A stretch of DNA of 32,000 bases from Saccharolobus solfataricus (GTDB taxonomy: Archaea > Thermoproteota > Thermoprotei_A > Sulfolobales > Sulfolobaceae). Positions within the stretch are counted from its first letter, which is position 1. The number at the start of each line of letters is the position of its first letter. The notes under the pieces were generated by a model, which saw only the letters and a list, made by a program, of their open reading frames with translations, was not told the origin of the DNA and did no database searches. Positions 18,234 through 28,745 of the stretch are shown one piece after another. The stretch covers positions 2,370,001 to 2,402,000 of the forward strand of contig NZ_LT549890.1 of NCBI RefSeq assembly GCF_900079115.1, given 5' to 3'. Position numbers and translations under genes: made by a program.

Positions 18234-20550
18234 GATAGTTATTGTAATAATCCTTTCAATATTGACACCCATGATAGCCTTATGGAAGGTTTTCTTCCAT
18301 GTTGGGTATATTTATCAAAGAGATTCTTACCCAGCTTTTTATTTAGACTCTAGGCAAGCTTCACTATCTTATCTTAATTTCCCCATGATCATGGATAATG
18401 TCTGGATGCCGGTAGTGGTTATACTGTATTTTAATCTTATCTCACCAGTGATAGCAGACTGGATAACGTACCTTTTATTTCCCTGTGCTATCTCAGTTCC
18501 ATCTATGTATTTCTCCTCTAGATACTTTTTAAACAGATACGCAAAAGAAGCCGGAGCATGGGTTAAAATTTCAGTATCTTCTATTATTGCTTTCCTTTAT
18601 GCTATAACGCCTACAGCTTACTATTACAGTCATTGGTTCAATTATGCGACATTTTACGCACTTTTACCGGCCTTGATTGCCGGTACCTTCTACTCTCTAG
18701 AGAAAGGAGGGTTTTTAGGTGCTACACTTCTTTCAATTTTCGCCTCTCTAACTACAACTGACCCTAGGGGTTTTATTTACACGTTATTTATAGTACTTTC
18801 AATTCTTCTTTTTAGGCATAAGTTAGGTGACTTGAAGGTTTTCCTCTACTCAATCCCCTTTTATATCTTACTAAATTCCAGACTGTTCTTAATTTTATTC
18901 TATGAATTCCATTCCTATTCATCAATAAGTTTTACTATTTCTAATGAACAGTTATGGTTGAATTACTGGACATTTCCACTTTTAGATTCATTAAGGGGCT
19001 TATCGTTGTTTAGACCCTTAGTGTCTTATTTATCATTCGGAAATCCGCTTTTAATATATGTAATGTCCTTCGCATTTGTTGAAACTGGAATTTTGGGTTA
19101 TATCTTTCTGAGGAAAAAGGGTTCAGTGGCTAATTATCTCTTAGGGATTTACTTATTTTTAGCATTACTAGTATCTTCAAGTGTAAACGTACTAGGGTAT
19201 AATATTACATTAAACTTAACTTATCCCTTGTTAGATTTCTTAGCCCAAACCTTTGTATACAATTATCTATGGATTTTCTTACCAACCTATTTAACTGAAA
19301 TGATATTAGCACCGCTATTTCTTCTCGTATCTCTCGTAATGGCTAAGATGTTGTCTAAATACTACCTTATTCCATTGGTTGTTCTCATAGTGTTATCTCA
19401 ATTTGCTTTTTCGTCTTCTATGGTGCTTAGTGGAAATTATTTAGGAAGTTATAATCCCGTGAGTCCTCCTCCCTTAATAGTAAATTTAGGCAGATTTTTA
19501 GAGAATCATACTATAGGTAATGTTCTCGTAGATGCTGTAGTTCCCTCGAATTGGAGTACATTTATTGGAGTATTACCTAATACAACCTCTGTTCCCTTAG
19601 TCAATACTTCTGACGTGGGGGTTATTCTGAATGAGTATGGTGTACAATATGTTGTTACTACTGTTAATGATAATTATACCTTGAGTGTAATTGATTCTCA
19701 CAAAAACGTCTTCACTCTAGTTTATAATGATTCTTACTTTTTAGTATACAAAAATAATGACTTCACATACAATATTAATTCCCCAATTTTTGTGAATTTT
19801 GAATACCCAAAGGTTCCTGATACTAATAACTCTGTTAACGTGATTCCCTCATATTTGATGTTTAATATTCCTCCAAGGTACATAGGTGGTTTTGTTGGAA
19901 ATGCCACATATGCTGAGCTTTTAGCATTGTCCGCATATAAACAAGGTATCTTGCCGGTTAAACTAAATGTTAAGCACTTACCATATCCTACTAATTTTAC
20001 AGATACAATAAACGTAAATGTATATGATGAAGAAATTTTATCAGACTTCCTAAGCATTTCATTTATTTCTGTTAGTGATACTTCATCTCTTAATTTAGGT
20101 GTGGAACCAGGTTTTTATAAGGTTGTGATAGCTTATGTCTCTGTACCTGGAGGAGGTGTTTTTGGCGTTACCAACGGTTCTTATTCGCTTTCTGTCTCAA
20201 CTTCCTCTCCAAACATTTCTATTGTGTTTTCCTATTTAGGTAATATGTTCGTCTCTAGTAGCGTAAAGTTGTTCTTTATTGGACATTCTCTATCCTATCT
20301 AATAGGTATAATGTTTATCCCCTACAACATGTCTATACAGCACGAATTTATTAGTGATAACATTTCCTCTTATCCCTATCAACAATTGGGTAGAGCTTTT
20401 GGGTATCCCTATAATGATAATGGTGTTATCTCTTTTTCAATAGTGATCAATTTAATTACTCTTTCGATTGCCGTAATTTTATTTATATCTATACAATATG
20501 GCCGAACATATTTTCGTAAGATAAATTTAAAAATATTTGGTCGGAATTAG
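18202..20550 (+). CDS. Large polytopic membrane protein (about 11-13 TM) with a roughly 300-aa sequon-rich extracellular domain and a terminal TM; possibly GT-C-like
   Basis: 782 aa. Continuous hydrophobic segments through about residue 430, then a beta-rich Asn/Ser/Thr-rich domain, then a final TM ([13 protein letters not shown]). Acidic residues sit in the first predicted external loop ([15 protein letters not shown]). Overlaps the upstream gene by 32 nt. Confidence 0.7.
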   Translation: MHRERRLQVIEIVIVIILSILTPMIALWKVFFHVGYIYQRDSYPAFYLDSRQASLSYLNFPMIMDNVWMPVVVILYFNLISPVIADWITYLLFPCAISVPSMYFSSRYFLNRYAKEAGAWVKISVSSIIAFLYAITPTAYYYSHWFNYATFYALLPALIAGTFYSLEKGGFLGATLLSIFASLTTTDPRGFIYTLFIVLSILLFRHKLGDLKVFLYSIPFYILLNSRLFLILFYEFHSYSSISFTISNEQLWLNYWTFPLLDSLRGLSLFRPLVSYLSFGNPLLIYVMSFAFVETGILGYIFLRKKGSVANYLLGIYLFLALLVSSSVNVLGYNITLNLTYPLLDFLAQTFVYNYLWIFLPTYLTEMILAPLFLLVSLVMAKMLSKYYLIPLVVLIVLSQFAFSSSMVLSGNYLGSYNPVSPPPLIVNLGRFLENHTIGNVLVDAVVPSNWSTFIGVLPNTTSVPLVNTSDVGVILNEYGVQYVVTTVNDNYTLSVIDSHKNVFTLVYNDSYFLVYKNNDFTYNINSPIFVNFEYPKVPDTNNSVNVIPSYLMFNIPPRYIGGFVGNATYAELLALSAYKQGILPVKLNVKHLPYPTNFTDTINVNVYDEEILSDFLSISFISVSDTSSLNLGVEPGFYKVVIAYVSVPGGGVFGVTNGSYSLSVSTSSPNISIVFSYLGNMFVSSSVKLFFIGHSLSYLIGIMFIPYNMSIQHEFISDNISSYPYQQLGRAFGYPYNDNGVISFSIVINLITLSIAVILFISIQYGRTYFRKINLKIFGRN

Positions 20551-20554
20551 GATT

Positions 20555-22054
20555 ATGACTAAGCTGTTTGTTAGGGAAACTTCTGGTCTTACTAAAAACG
20601 TCTCTTTGCTAGATGTTACAATGTTAAATGTAGCTAACATGGGTGCTGGGTTAGCAATTTTTATCGGGATAAGTCCTTACATAGTCGAGGGTGCGGTATT
20701 ATGGATAGCTTCGTTGTTGACTTTCCTATTTACTTTACCTCTTGTATTCCTTTATACATACTTTATTTCTAGGATTCCTAGGACAGGAGGCGACTATATT
20801 TGGCTATCTAGAAAACTTAATGGTCCTTTAGGTGCTATAATGGGTGTTGCGTTAGCGTTTAATATGCCTCCGTTCTTTGCATTGTCAGCTTTCTTTTCTG
20901 TTTCAGCAATAAACAGCGTACTGTTAACTATTGGTACTTTGAATTCCCAGCCCTATCTGGTTAATCTAGCTAATAATGTGTTTACAACTAGTAATGCCGT
21001 TCTAGCTTATGGTTTAGCAGCAGTTGCATTTCTAATAATAATTCTTATTAACATCCTCAGACCAAGATGGGGTTATACTTTAACGTCAGCACTAGGAATG
21101 TTTTCACTTTTAGGCACTTTAGTTGCAATTCTTGTATTAACACTTAATATTTCGGATTTTCATACTGTAATCCAACCTTTTATAAAGGACTTTAATTTAA
21201 CTGTTCAACTCTATAAGGGACCAACATTCAGTTTATCTTCAACGTTTTATATGATTCCTTACTTTGCATCATTTGCTTATATTTGGTTATATGCAGGGCC
21301 AGCTGTTGCTTCTGAGATAAAGAATAAGAGCGGGATAAGATATAATTTAATTTTAGGTAGTTTGTTAACGCTTATCTTTATAACTGTCCCATTCTTGCTA
21401 ATGGATGTTGCGGCAGGATATGGGTTTAATTACTCTTTATATCTATCAGGCACCTATAATTTCTGGACTGTCGCTATTGCCTTATCTCGTAATTATGCTT
21501 TAGAGTGGTTTATAGGGATTAGTTTGATAGCCTGGGAGTTCTTTGTTATGGCTTTCGGTGTTGTTGTTTTCGCCAGGTACGTTTTCGCCTTTTCCTTTGA
21601 TAGGTTATTCCCAGAGGTATTTTCGAGGTTAAATAAGCAAGGTTCGCCTGCTTATGCCCATCTCTTAGATTTTGTGGTAACTTTAGTGTTCTTAGCAGTA
21701 CCAATAATAAGTCCTAACGGATACGAGGCCTTATACAGTTATACTCCTTTAGCTATTGCCTACTTAGTTTTAGTATCAATAGCTGGTATTAGGCAGGCTT
21801 TAAGTGAGAGAAATTTGGGTATGTTAATATCAGCTTTACTTTCTATTGGGTTTTTAGGTTTTATGGGCTATGAGGCTTTTACTAATCCTTACTTCGGTGT
21901 TATATCTGATAACGGTGTACCTTACTGGCCGGGAATAGCCTATATAACTAGCTTAATAGGATTAGGCGTTATTACTTTTGTATCATCATACTATTATAGG
22001 AAGAAGAGTGGTATAGATTTAAGGTTAGTGTATAAGGAGATACCACCAGATTAA
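20555..22054 (+). CDS. APC-superfamily amino acid/polyamine permease
   Basis: About 499 aa from the ATG at 20555 (the ORF track begins at an upstream TTG). About 12 TM segments and an N-terminal pattern typical of amino-acid permeases. Starts 4 nt after the upstream stop. Confidence 0.7.
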   Translation: MTKLFVRETSGLTKNVSLLDVTMLNVANMGAGLAIFIGISPYIVEGAVLWIASLLTFLFTLPLVFLYTYFISRIPRTGGDYIWLSRKLNGPLGAIMGVALAFNMPPFFALSAFFSVSAINSVLLTIGTLNSQPYLVNLANNVFTTSNAVLAYGLAAVAFLIIILINILRPRWGYTLTSALGMFSLLGTLVAILVLTLNISDFHTVIQPFIKDFNLTVQLYKGPTFSLSSTFYMIPYFASFAYIWLYAGPAVASEIKNKSGIRYNLILGSLLTLIFITVPFLLMDVAAGYGFNYSLYLSGTYNFWTVAIALSRNYALEWFIGISLIAWEFFVMAFGVVVFARYVFAFSFDRLFPEVFSRLNKQGSPAYAHLLDFVVTLVFLAVPIISPNGYEALYSYTPLAIAYLVLVSIAGIRQALSERNLGMLISALLSIGFLGFMGYEAFTNPYFGVISDNGVPYWPGIAYITSLIGLGVITFVSSYYYRKKSGIDLRLVYKEIPPD

Positions 22055-22353
22055 TTCCTTATACTTAATTTATGCTCTCTGAAAACGTGAGTGTAAAAGT
22101 CATATGCTGACGGGAATGTTCTTCCACATACGCAATAGTATTTATCCTTAGCGTACTTTAGTAAGTATTTTTTGCTTTCACTATACAACTTGTCTAGGTA
22201 ATAGTTTAATTCCCTTTTTCTCTTTAACATTATGTCTAGTTCTGGTACATTGTCCTTCACTGCCAATAGGAAGGGATAATAGGATAGTTTTAAAGTGGTT
22301 GTCCTGTTTTTCATGATTTTGTTTAGCGCTTCAGCCATTGTCATAGTTTTCAC
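22051..22353 (-). CDS. Small zinc-finger-like protein (C-x-C...H-x4-H)
   Basis: 100 aa. C-terminal [23 protein letters not shown] resembles a C2H2 finger with unusually tight Cys spacing. Its stop overlaps the permease stop (TTAA). Confidence 0.45.
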   Translation of the reverse strand: MKTMTMAEALNKIMKNRTTTLKLSYYPFLLAVKDNVPELDIMLKRKRELNYYLDKLYSESKKYLLKYAKDKYYCVCGRTFPSAYDFYTHVFREHKLSIRN

Positions 22354-22596
22354 TAGCTAAAAAGTTTTTCTTATGACTTATATTTTTTTCTACAAAATGA
22401 CACGTAATGTTTTTCTTATAACCTAATGTTTTAATTATAGGTAATATAAATGCTATCAATATAAAACAATAAGCAAATATATTATGTTCATGTAATGTAC
22501 GTTTAACGTTATAGATAGCTCTGTTTTTATTGCGGACTAAGGTAATAACTTTAGATTACGCTAAGGATTTCCTTTAAGTTGTACTATTGTTAATAG

Positions 22597-22839
<243 letters not shown>

Positions 22840-22869
22840 ACGAACAAGATTAAAATACAAAGTGAGAAG

Positions 22870-22890
22870 CTTTTTATTTTTTGTCTTTCT
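22870..22890 (+). terminator. T-rich archaeal terminator candidate downstream of sso7d
   Basis: ctttttattttttgtctttct lies 31 nt after the stop codon. Oligo-T tracts are the usual archaeal termination signal. Confidence 0.4.
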
Positions 22891-22951
22891 CTCAATAAAG
22901 TAATCTGTTTTTTATAAAAGAATCTTGCGATGATTTGATTTTAAAGTAATC

Positions 22952-22959
22952 CTTTTATA
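22952..22959 (+). promoter_or_regulatory. Candidate TATA box for the protease/glycoamidase operon
   Basis: cttttata is centred about 26 nt upstream of the ATG at 22982, implying a leaderless mRNA. Confidence 0.4.
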
Positions 22960-22981
22960 CACGTGAAAGTTTATTAATTAT

Positions 22982-25900
22982 ATGGAAAGTAGAATAATAC
23001 AAGTCGTAGTTATATCCACTTTTTTAGTATTATCTGTTCTGTTTCCCCTATTATCTCTAGCATATTCCACAACTTCTATAAATCCCAGCTATCCACAGTC
23101 TAACGTAATCTCAGCTTTACCCTCGAATACTAATATTATTCTTTATTTCTTTATTCCACCAAAGAATCTTAATGAACTTTATCTGATAGCACAAGAAGTA
23201 GCTAATCATCAAATTAAGCCACTAAGTAACGCTCAGCTTGTCTCAATGTTTAGTAATCAAGACAAGGTTAACGAGAGTATAAAATATCTTGAGAGTAAAG
23301 GTTTTACAATAATATATAGAAGCCCATTCGAAATTATGGCTGAAGCCCCAGTTTCCTTGGTTTCGTCAGTTTTTGAGACTAGTTTTGTATTAGCCAAATC
23401 AACTAATGGTGAGATATACTACAAGCCAGCTGGTAACGTTAAAATACCGTCTACTCTTAATAACTTGCTAATAGGTGGTTTAACAAACTTCACTAACGTA
23501 TCATTGCCTTTAATACAGTTAGGTAAATTGGAAAATGGTAATTTAATACCTAATAAACAAGCTTATTCCTCATTTGTCTATACTTTCCAATTCTCAGCAA
23601 CTTGGTATACTCCTAAAGTTATTGAAGGGGCATACAATATAACTCCACTACTGAACTCTACTGCCGATAAAAAGGTTACAATTGCAATAATAGATGCCTA
23701 TGGCGACCCAGAGATATATCAAGATGTAAATCTGTTTGATGCCAGGTTTGGCTTACCTCCGATAAACTTGACAGTATTACCAGTTGGTCCTTATCATCCA
23801 GAAAATGGATTGTTTACTGGTTGGTTTGAAGAGGTTGCATTAGATGTTGAGGCAGCTCACGCAGCTGCTCCATATTCTAATATTTTATTAGTTGTAGCCC
23901 CATCAGCGACCTTAGAAGGATTATTTTCAGCAATTGATGTTGTTGTAAGCGAGGATCTAGCACAAGTAGTTTCCATGAGCTGGGGTCTTCCCGGGATACT
24001 ATTTGGTGCTTCAGGGTTTTATGCTGTATTCAATGGAATAATATTTCCTAATTATCCCTATTATGATTACTACTTTGAGCTTGGTTCTGCTGAGGGTATT
24101 ACGTTTTTAGCGTCATCTGGGGATTTAGGTGCCTATAATGATTTACCAACTGTTTATGGCTCAGCTAACTATCCTGCATCATCTCCTTTCGTTACAGCTG
24201 TAGGTGGTACTTCCCTATTTGCTAACATTACTAGCGGCTATATTTCCACTTATAATTCTACAGGCAATTTTGGTGCCGAGATTGCGTGGAGTGTTAATCC
24301 GTTGTATTTTGGTGTTATCCAAGGTGGTGTGAGTTCTGGGGGTGGGTATAGTCAATTGTTCCCAGCTCCTTGGTATCAGCGTTATGTTACTCATTCGAAT
24401 TATAGGGCTATTCCAGACGTTGCAGCAGACGCTAATCCATATACTGGGTTTACAATTTATGCTTTGGGCCAAGAGGTGGTAATTGGTGGAACAAGTTTAT
24501 CCGCTCCATTGTGGGCTGGAATCATTGCTGATATAGATGGAATTATTGGCCATCCGTTAGGTTTGGTAAATCCGATACTTTATGAGATTTATCAAAATAC
24601 TACTTTATATCATCAAGCTTTCCATCAAATAAGTTTGGGATATAATGGTTATTATTATGCTAACTCCTCTTACAATTTGGTTACTGGCTTAGGAAGTCCT
24701 AATGCTGGAATGTTAGGAGTCATCATCAAACATTCATTATCCAAGAGTTTAGCGATATCTGTAAGTACTTTCGAGACTGGGGTTTTTCAACCTTGGTATT
24801 TCTATGGTTCTACCTTTACAATAGCCGCGTACATAACTTATCCCAACAATACTATTGTCAGCCAAGGTAGTTTTAACGCTTATATATATACTAGTGAGGG
24901 ATATTTAGCCACAGTCCCCTTATCCTTTAACGGTAGTTATTGGGTTGGCAACTATACTATAACTCCTAATAATCCACCAAATCTTTGGGAAATAGTAGTT
25001 AATGGTAGTTCTGATCAGTTTACCGGAGTTGGGACTGTAGAAGTTGATGTTGGTGAATCAATCAATATTGTATCCCCAATTCCTTATCCATATAGCTTTC
25101 CAATTCCATACAACTCACCATTTGGCATTGAAGCTTGGATTTACTACCCTAATGGTACACCAGTTGTTAATCAAAGCGTTACAGCTTATTTAGTTAGTAA
25201 TGATGGCAAGTTATTAGCTTCTATACCCTTAACCATGATGGCTCCAGGATTATATGAGGGTAGTTACGCTTTACTTCCTCCATTACCACAAGGTACTTAT
25301 TTACTAATAGTAAATGACTCATATGGTAGTGCTTTCTCTTATGTATATTTTGGTGAGTATAATTTTGGCGCAATTTTAACCCCAATAAATGATGGTTTTC
25401 CAGCTGCGTCCCCTGGACAAAATATAACTATAATTGATGAGGTGCTAACACCAGAGCTTACCGGTTTATTTACTTCTAACGTCACTGCATATATTTATAA
25501 CCAACACGGTAACCTTATAGATCAAGTTAAACTTACTCCAGCTCCAGACGAAATTCAATTCGGTGTTTACTTGCTCTTCTTCCTATATTATGCTAATTTC
25601 ACAATACCTTTCGATGCTTCTCCAGGGTTCTACAATGTTGTAATACAATCTATAAGCAATACTTCTACTGGGTTAGTCAAGGCGGACTTTATCACATCAT
25701 TTTACGTTTCTCCAGCTAATTTGACATTAAATGTAAAGGTGAATAATGTCGTATATGAGGGTGAACTTCTGAAAATTTTCGCTAACATAACTTATCCCAA
25801 TGGTACTCCAGTTAAATATGGAATGTTTACTGCTACGATCTTGCCGACTTCTCTAAATTACGAGCAATTAATTATAGGATTTGAGGCTGGAATACCCTTA

Positions 25901-26908
25901 CAATACAATTCTACTTTAGGAGAATGGGTAGGTATTTATAGTATTCCATCCATATTTTATGGTTCAATATTTCAAGGCTCCTCTGTGTATTCGTTAGCTG
26001 GACCTTGGAATGTTATAGTATCTGGCGTTTCTTGGAATGGTTATAATCTATATTCTACTCCAAGCTCCTTTAACTTCGTTAATGTTATGCCATATACTTT
26101 CATTAACAACATTGTAGTGAGCAGTAAATCCCTAGATTCACCCCTATTATCCAAAATTAACTCTACAACATATATGTTATCTAATGTCAAATCAAATAAT
26201 ATAACAATTAACGGAATGAACGTTATTTTAAGTAACGTTATAGCTAATACGGTAACCGTTAAGAACTCTAATATAATGATAACTTCATCCACAATTAACC
26301 AGTTAGTGTTAGACAATTCTTCAGTCTCAATTATAGGGTCTAAAATAGGAGGGGATAATATTGCTGTAGTCGCTAATGATTCTAATGTAACAATAGTCTC
26401 GTCAGTAATTCAAGACTCAAAGTACGCGTTTCTACAACCCAATTCAGTAATTAGTCTAAGCGGTGTTAATATGTATAACGTTACTAGTTTGTCTTCAATA
26501 CCAGCACCTAGGATTACGTACCTTTCAACAACTAATGTTACCACATCTAAGGAATCAATAATTGTTAATATCACCGGTGAATACCTAAGACTTTTAGGAG
26601 TTTCAATGAACAACAAACCAGTAGGTTATAGTGTAATTTCATCTTCACCTTCATCAATAAGTTTAAGTATACCTTTTAATGCTTCTCAACTTTCTGATGG
26701 TCAATACATATTTACAGTAAGCATATCCGATGGATTGCCATACAATTTAACATTTAACCTCTTAAATAATTATCATCTCATAATTGTACAAGACCATCTT
26801 AAAGCACTACAAGGATCAGTGAATTTATTAACAGTAATCGCAATAATTTCCTTAATAATAGCAATAATAGCAGTAGCTCTACTATTCGTATTTACGAGAA
26901 GGAGGTGA
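22982..26908 (+). CDS. Membrane-anchored sedolisin (peptidase S53) with pro-kumamolisin-like propeptide, tandem beta-sandwich domains and a beta-helix-like region
   Basis: 1308 aa. Signal/TM N-terminus, a propeptide-like region (SNAQLVSMFSNQDKVNESIKYLESKGFTI), the S53 Glu/Asp motif EEVALDVEAAHAAAP, the serine motif IGGTSLSAPLWAG and a C-terminal TM (IISLIIAIIAVALLFVF) followed by TRRR. Confidence 0.85.
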   Translation: MESRIIQVVVISTFLVLSVLFPLLSLAYSTTSINPSYPQSNVISALPSNTNIILYFFIPPKNLNELYLIAQEVANHQIKPLSNAQLVSMFSNQDKVNESIKYLESKGFTIIYRSPFEIMAEAPVSLVSSVFETSFVLAKSTNGEIYYKPAGNVKIPSTLNNLLIGGLTNFTNVSLPLIQLGKLENGNLIPNKQAYSSFVYTFQFSATWYTPKVIEGAYNITPLLNSTADKKVTIAIIDAYGDPEIYQDVNLFDARFGLPPINLTVLPVGPYHPENGLFTGWFEEVALDVEAAHAAAPYSNILLVVAPSATLEGLFSAIDVVVSEDLAQVVSMSWGLPGILFGASGFYAVFNGIIFPNYPYYDYYFELGSAEGITFLASSGDLGAYNDLPTVYGSANYPASSPFVTAVGGTSLFANITSGYISTYNSTGNFGAEIAWSVNPLYFGVIQGGVSSGGGYSQLFPAPWYQRYVTHSNYRAIPDVAADANPYTGFTIYALGQEVVIGGTSLSAPLWAGIIADIDGIIGHPLGLVNPILYEIYQNTTLYHQAFHQISLGYNGYYYANSSYNLVTGLGSPNAGMLGVIIKHSLSKSLAISVSTFETGVFQPWYFYGSTFTIAAYITYPNNTIVSQGSFNAYIYTSEGYLATVPLSFNGSYWVGNYTITPNNPPNLWEIVVNGSSDQFTGVGTVEVDVGESINIVSPIPYPYSFPIPYNSPFGIEAWIYYPNGTPVVNQSVTAYLVSNDGKLLASIPLTMMAPGLYEGSYALLPPLPQGTYLLIVNDSYGSAFSYVYFGEYNFGAILTPINDGFPAASPGQNITIIDEVLTPELTGLFTSNVTAYIYNQHGNLIDQVKLTPAPDEIQFGVYLLFFLYYANFTIPFDASPGFYNVVIQSISNTSTGLVKADFITSFYVSPANLTLNVKVNNVVYEGELLKIFANITYPNGTPVKYGMFTATILPTSLNYEQLIIGFEAGIPLQYNSTLGEWVGIYSIPSIFYGSIFQGSSVYSLAGPWNVIVSGVSWNGYNLYSTPSSFNFVNVMPYTFINNIVVSSKSLDSPLLSKINSTTYMLSNVKSNNITINGMNVILSNVIANTVTVKNSNIMITSSTINQLVLDNSSVSIIGSKIGGDNIAVVANDSNVTIVSSVIQDSKYAFLQPNSVISLSGVNMYNVTSLSSIPAPRITYLSTTNVTTSKESIIVNITGEYLRLLGVSMNNKPVGYSVISSSPSSISLSIPFNASQLSDGQYIFTVSISDGLPYNLTFNLLNNYHLIIVQDHLKALQGSVNLLTVIAIISLIIAIIAVALLFVFTRRR

Positions 26909-26912
26909 AATT

Positions 26913-28745
26913 ATGAGGAAGAATATTGCTCTTATTTTATTATTTTCAATCTTAGCTGGAATTATTGTAGTGCCTATATCTAGTTCACAGACTAGCTCTA
27001 GTATCTCGCATCCACTGATATTAGGGAACATTTCTGTCTTAAACAGTGGAAAGATACCGTATGATCCTACATATTATTCCTTCGAAGCTTATCAAATTCA
27101 TCCTCCCAATGTTACTCCAGTTGTAATAAGGATAGCTACTAATGCTGTTTTTAACAACAGTGGCCTAACCCCTTATATTGTTCACGTGAATATACCAAAG
27201 GGTAATTATAGTATGGAAATTCTAAATGTTAGCATAGCTGAGTCTAATGGGGCTCAATATGATAGGCCGGTCTATATATTTGCAAATGGTGTGCCAATAT
27301 TTTGGGGCTCAACACAAGAATTCTTTAATTCTACAGCAGAAACCGATGTCACAATGTTTGAAAACTTGTTAAGCGGTAATGTGACTTTTCAGTTAGTTTT
27401 AGAGAATTTCTATGACGCTAAAATTGGAATAACTGGAATATATAAGATGAATGTTACACTTTACTTATATCCTGGTAATCCGCCTAAAGGATTACCTAAT
27501 TACTTTATACCGCTATTCTTAAACAATCATAATTATTCGTACATCATATTAAACCCCTTAAATGACTATATATCGCAAAATGTAACTATACCCAATGGTA
27601 CCTATAGAATGACTTTACTACTATATGAAGAAGGTGGAGGGTTAGATGAATTCTGGTATGCCAATGAGCCTGCGACTAGGGAGATTCAAGTGTTTTACGA
27701 TAATAGACTAGTCGGTGTTGTTAATCCTTATCAGACAATATATACTGGTGGGATAGACTTATTTTGGTGGAAGCCAGTAACGTCGATAAACACCTTGTCT
27801 TTTCACAGTCCTTACATTATAGACCTAACACCACTATTGGCAATAAGTTTACCAAATAACACCATAGCAGTTACGGTTACTAATCTAGAAACAGCTTTAC
27901 AATTGACTGGCACCGCAGCTTATGACTGGGATATAGCTGGAGTATTAATGTTATGGGTTAATGAGTCAAATCCACTAGTTTCGGCTAAATTATTAACGGC
28001 TTATAATAGATTTATAGATTCTTCACCTATCTTTAATTCAGGTCTTGTAGGTGAGTATTATCAAGAAGGAGGAGCGTATTTACTTAATTACTCTGCAATT
28101 TTGCAATTTAAAGATGGAATTGAATATTCTGATGTAGTACAGCAAGGAAGATTTTACGCTTATCAGACGTTTAATGCGCTATACGAAAAGGCATATTTAG
28201 GAGAGAAATTCATGGAATACGCAAGTGAAAGGGGCTCACTATATAACGCCACGCTATATTATAACATATATTATCCTATATTTATGCAATTCTCTGTATT
28301 TGAGGCTCCTATATCTAATCCTCACGTTATACCTTTCAACTTATCTTATGCCCAGAATGGTACTTTAGATTTATGGTTATACTATAACTATACTAACATA
28401 TTTGATAAACAGAATTTGACTATTAGGACTATGGAAAACGTTAGTGCAGTTGGTGGGTTTAGTGGGATCATAGAGGTTATAAATCGTTATGGTGGTGCAG
28501 TTCTCGTCTCAATAACTTCTAACAATGCTGTAACTGCTAAGAACTTAATTAATTATATACTACTTAATGGGAATGGTTACAAGGAGATATTCTCTGCTAA
28601 GGGTCTGCAGAATTCCACTTCTCATTTTGCAGGATATTATATATATTACAAAGTCCAATTTATTCCAATCACCAATGGTGATCCTCCTAATGCCCACAGT
28701 GAGTTTTTAATCGAACCCATACATTTCCTTAGAATTATAGTATAA
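26913..28745 (+). CDS. Secreted PNGase A-like protein (peptide-N4-(N-acetyl-beta-glucosaminyl)asparagine amidase A family, PF12222-like)
   Basis: 610 aa with a signal peptide. Blocks QYDRPVYIFANGVPIFWGSTQEF, ITGIYKMNVTLYLYPG, YRMTLLLYEEGGGLDEFWYANEP and REIQVFYDNRLVGVVNPYQTIYTGGIDLFWWKPVTSINTLSF parallel the plant PNGase A blocks as I remember them. Starts 4 nt after the protease stop. Confidence 0.65.
   Translation: MRKNIALILLFSILAGIIVVPISSSQTSSSISHPLILGNISVLNSGKIPYDPTYYSFEAYQIHPPNVTPVVIRIATNAVFNNSGLTPYIVHVNIPKGNYSMEILNVSIAESNGAQYDRPVYIFANGVPIFWGSTQEFFNSTAETDVTMFENLLSGNVTFQLVLENFYDAKIGITGIYKMNVTLYLYPGNPPKGLPNYFIPLFLNNHNYSYIILNPLNDYISQNVTIPNGTYRMTLLLYEEGGGLDEFWYANEPATREIQVFYDNRLVGVVNPYQTIYTGGIDLFWWKPVTSINTLSFHSPYIIDLTPLLAISLPNNTIAVTVTNLETALQLTGTAAYDWDIAGVLMLWVNESNPLVSAKLLTAYNRFIDSSPIFNSGLVGEYYQEGGAYLLNYSAILQFKDGIEYSDVVQQGRFYAYQTFNALYEKAYLGEKFMEYASERGSLYNATLYYNIYYPIFMQFSVFEAPISNPHVIPFNLSYAQNGTLDLWLYYNYTNIFDKQNLTIRTMENVSAVGGFSGIIEVINRYGGAVLVSITSNNAVTAKNLINYILLNGNGYKEIFSAKGLQNSTSHFAGYYIYYKVQFIPITNGDPPNAHSEFLIEPIHFLRIIV

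Noticed and set aside
19734-20057. 107-aa minus-strand ORF inside the 782-aa membrane protein gene
   Set aside because: Antisense shadow.
18202-20550. Possibility that the 782-aa membrane protein is the N-oligosaccharyltransferase AglB
   Set aside because: I could not find the WWDYG motif or a comparable signature, so I call it only GT-C-like at most.
20537-20554. Upstream TTG start of the permease, overlapping the 782-aa gene
   Set aside because: The ATG at 20555 is preceded by an AGGA-like ribosome-binding sequence and gives a normal N-terminus. The TTG extension adds only MVGIRI.
24215-26616. Minus-strand ORFs of 85, 91 and 68 aa inside the sedolisin gene
   Set aside because: Antisense shadows within a CDS that has clear catalytic motifs.
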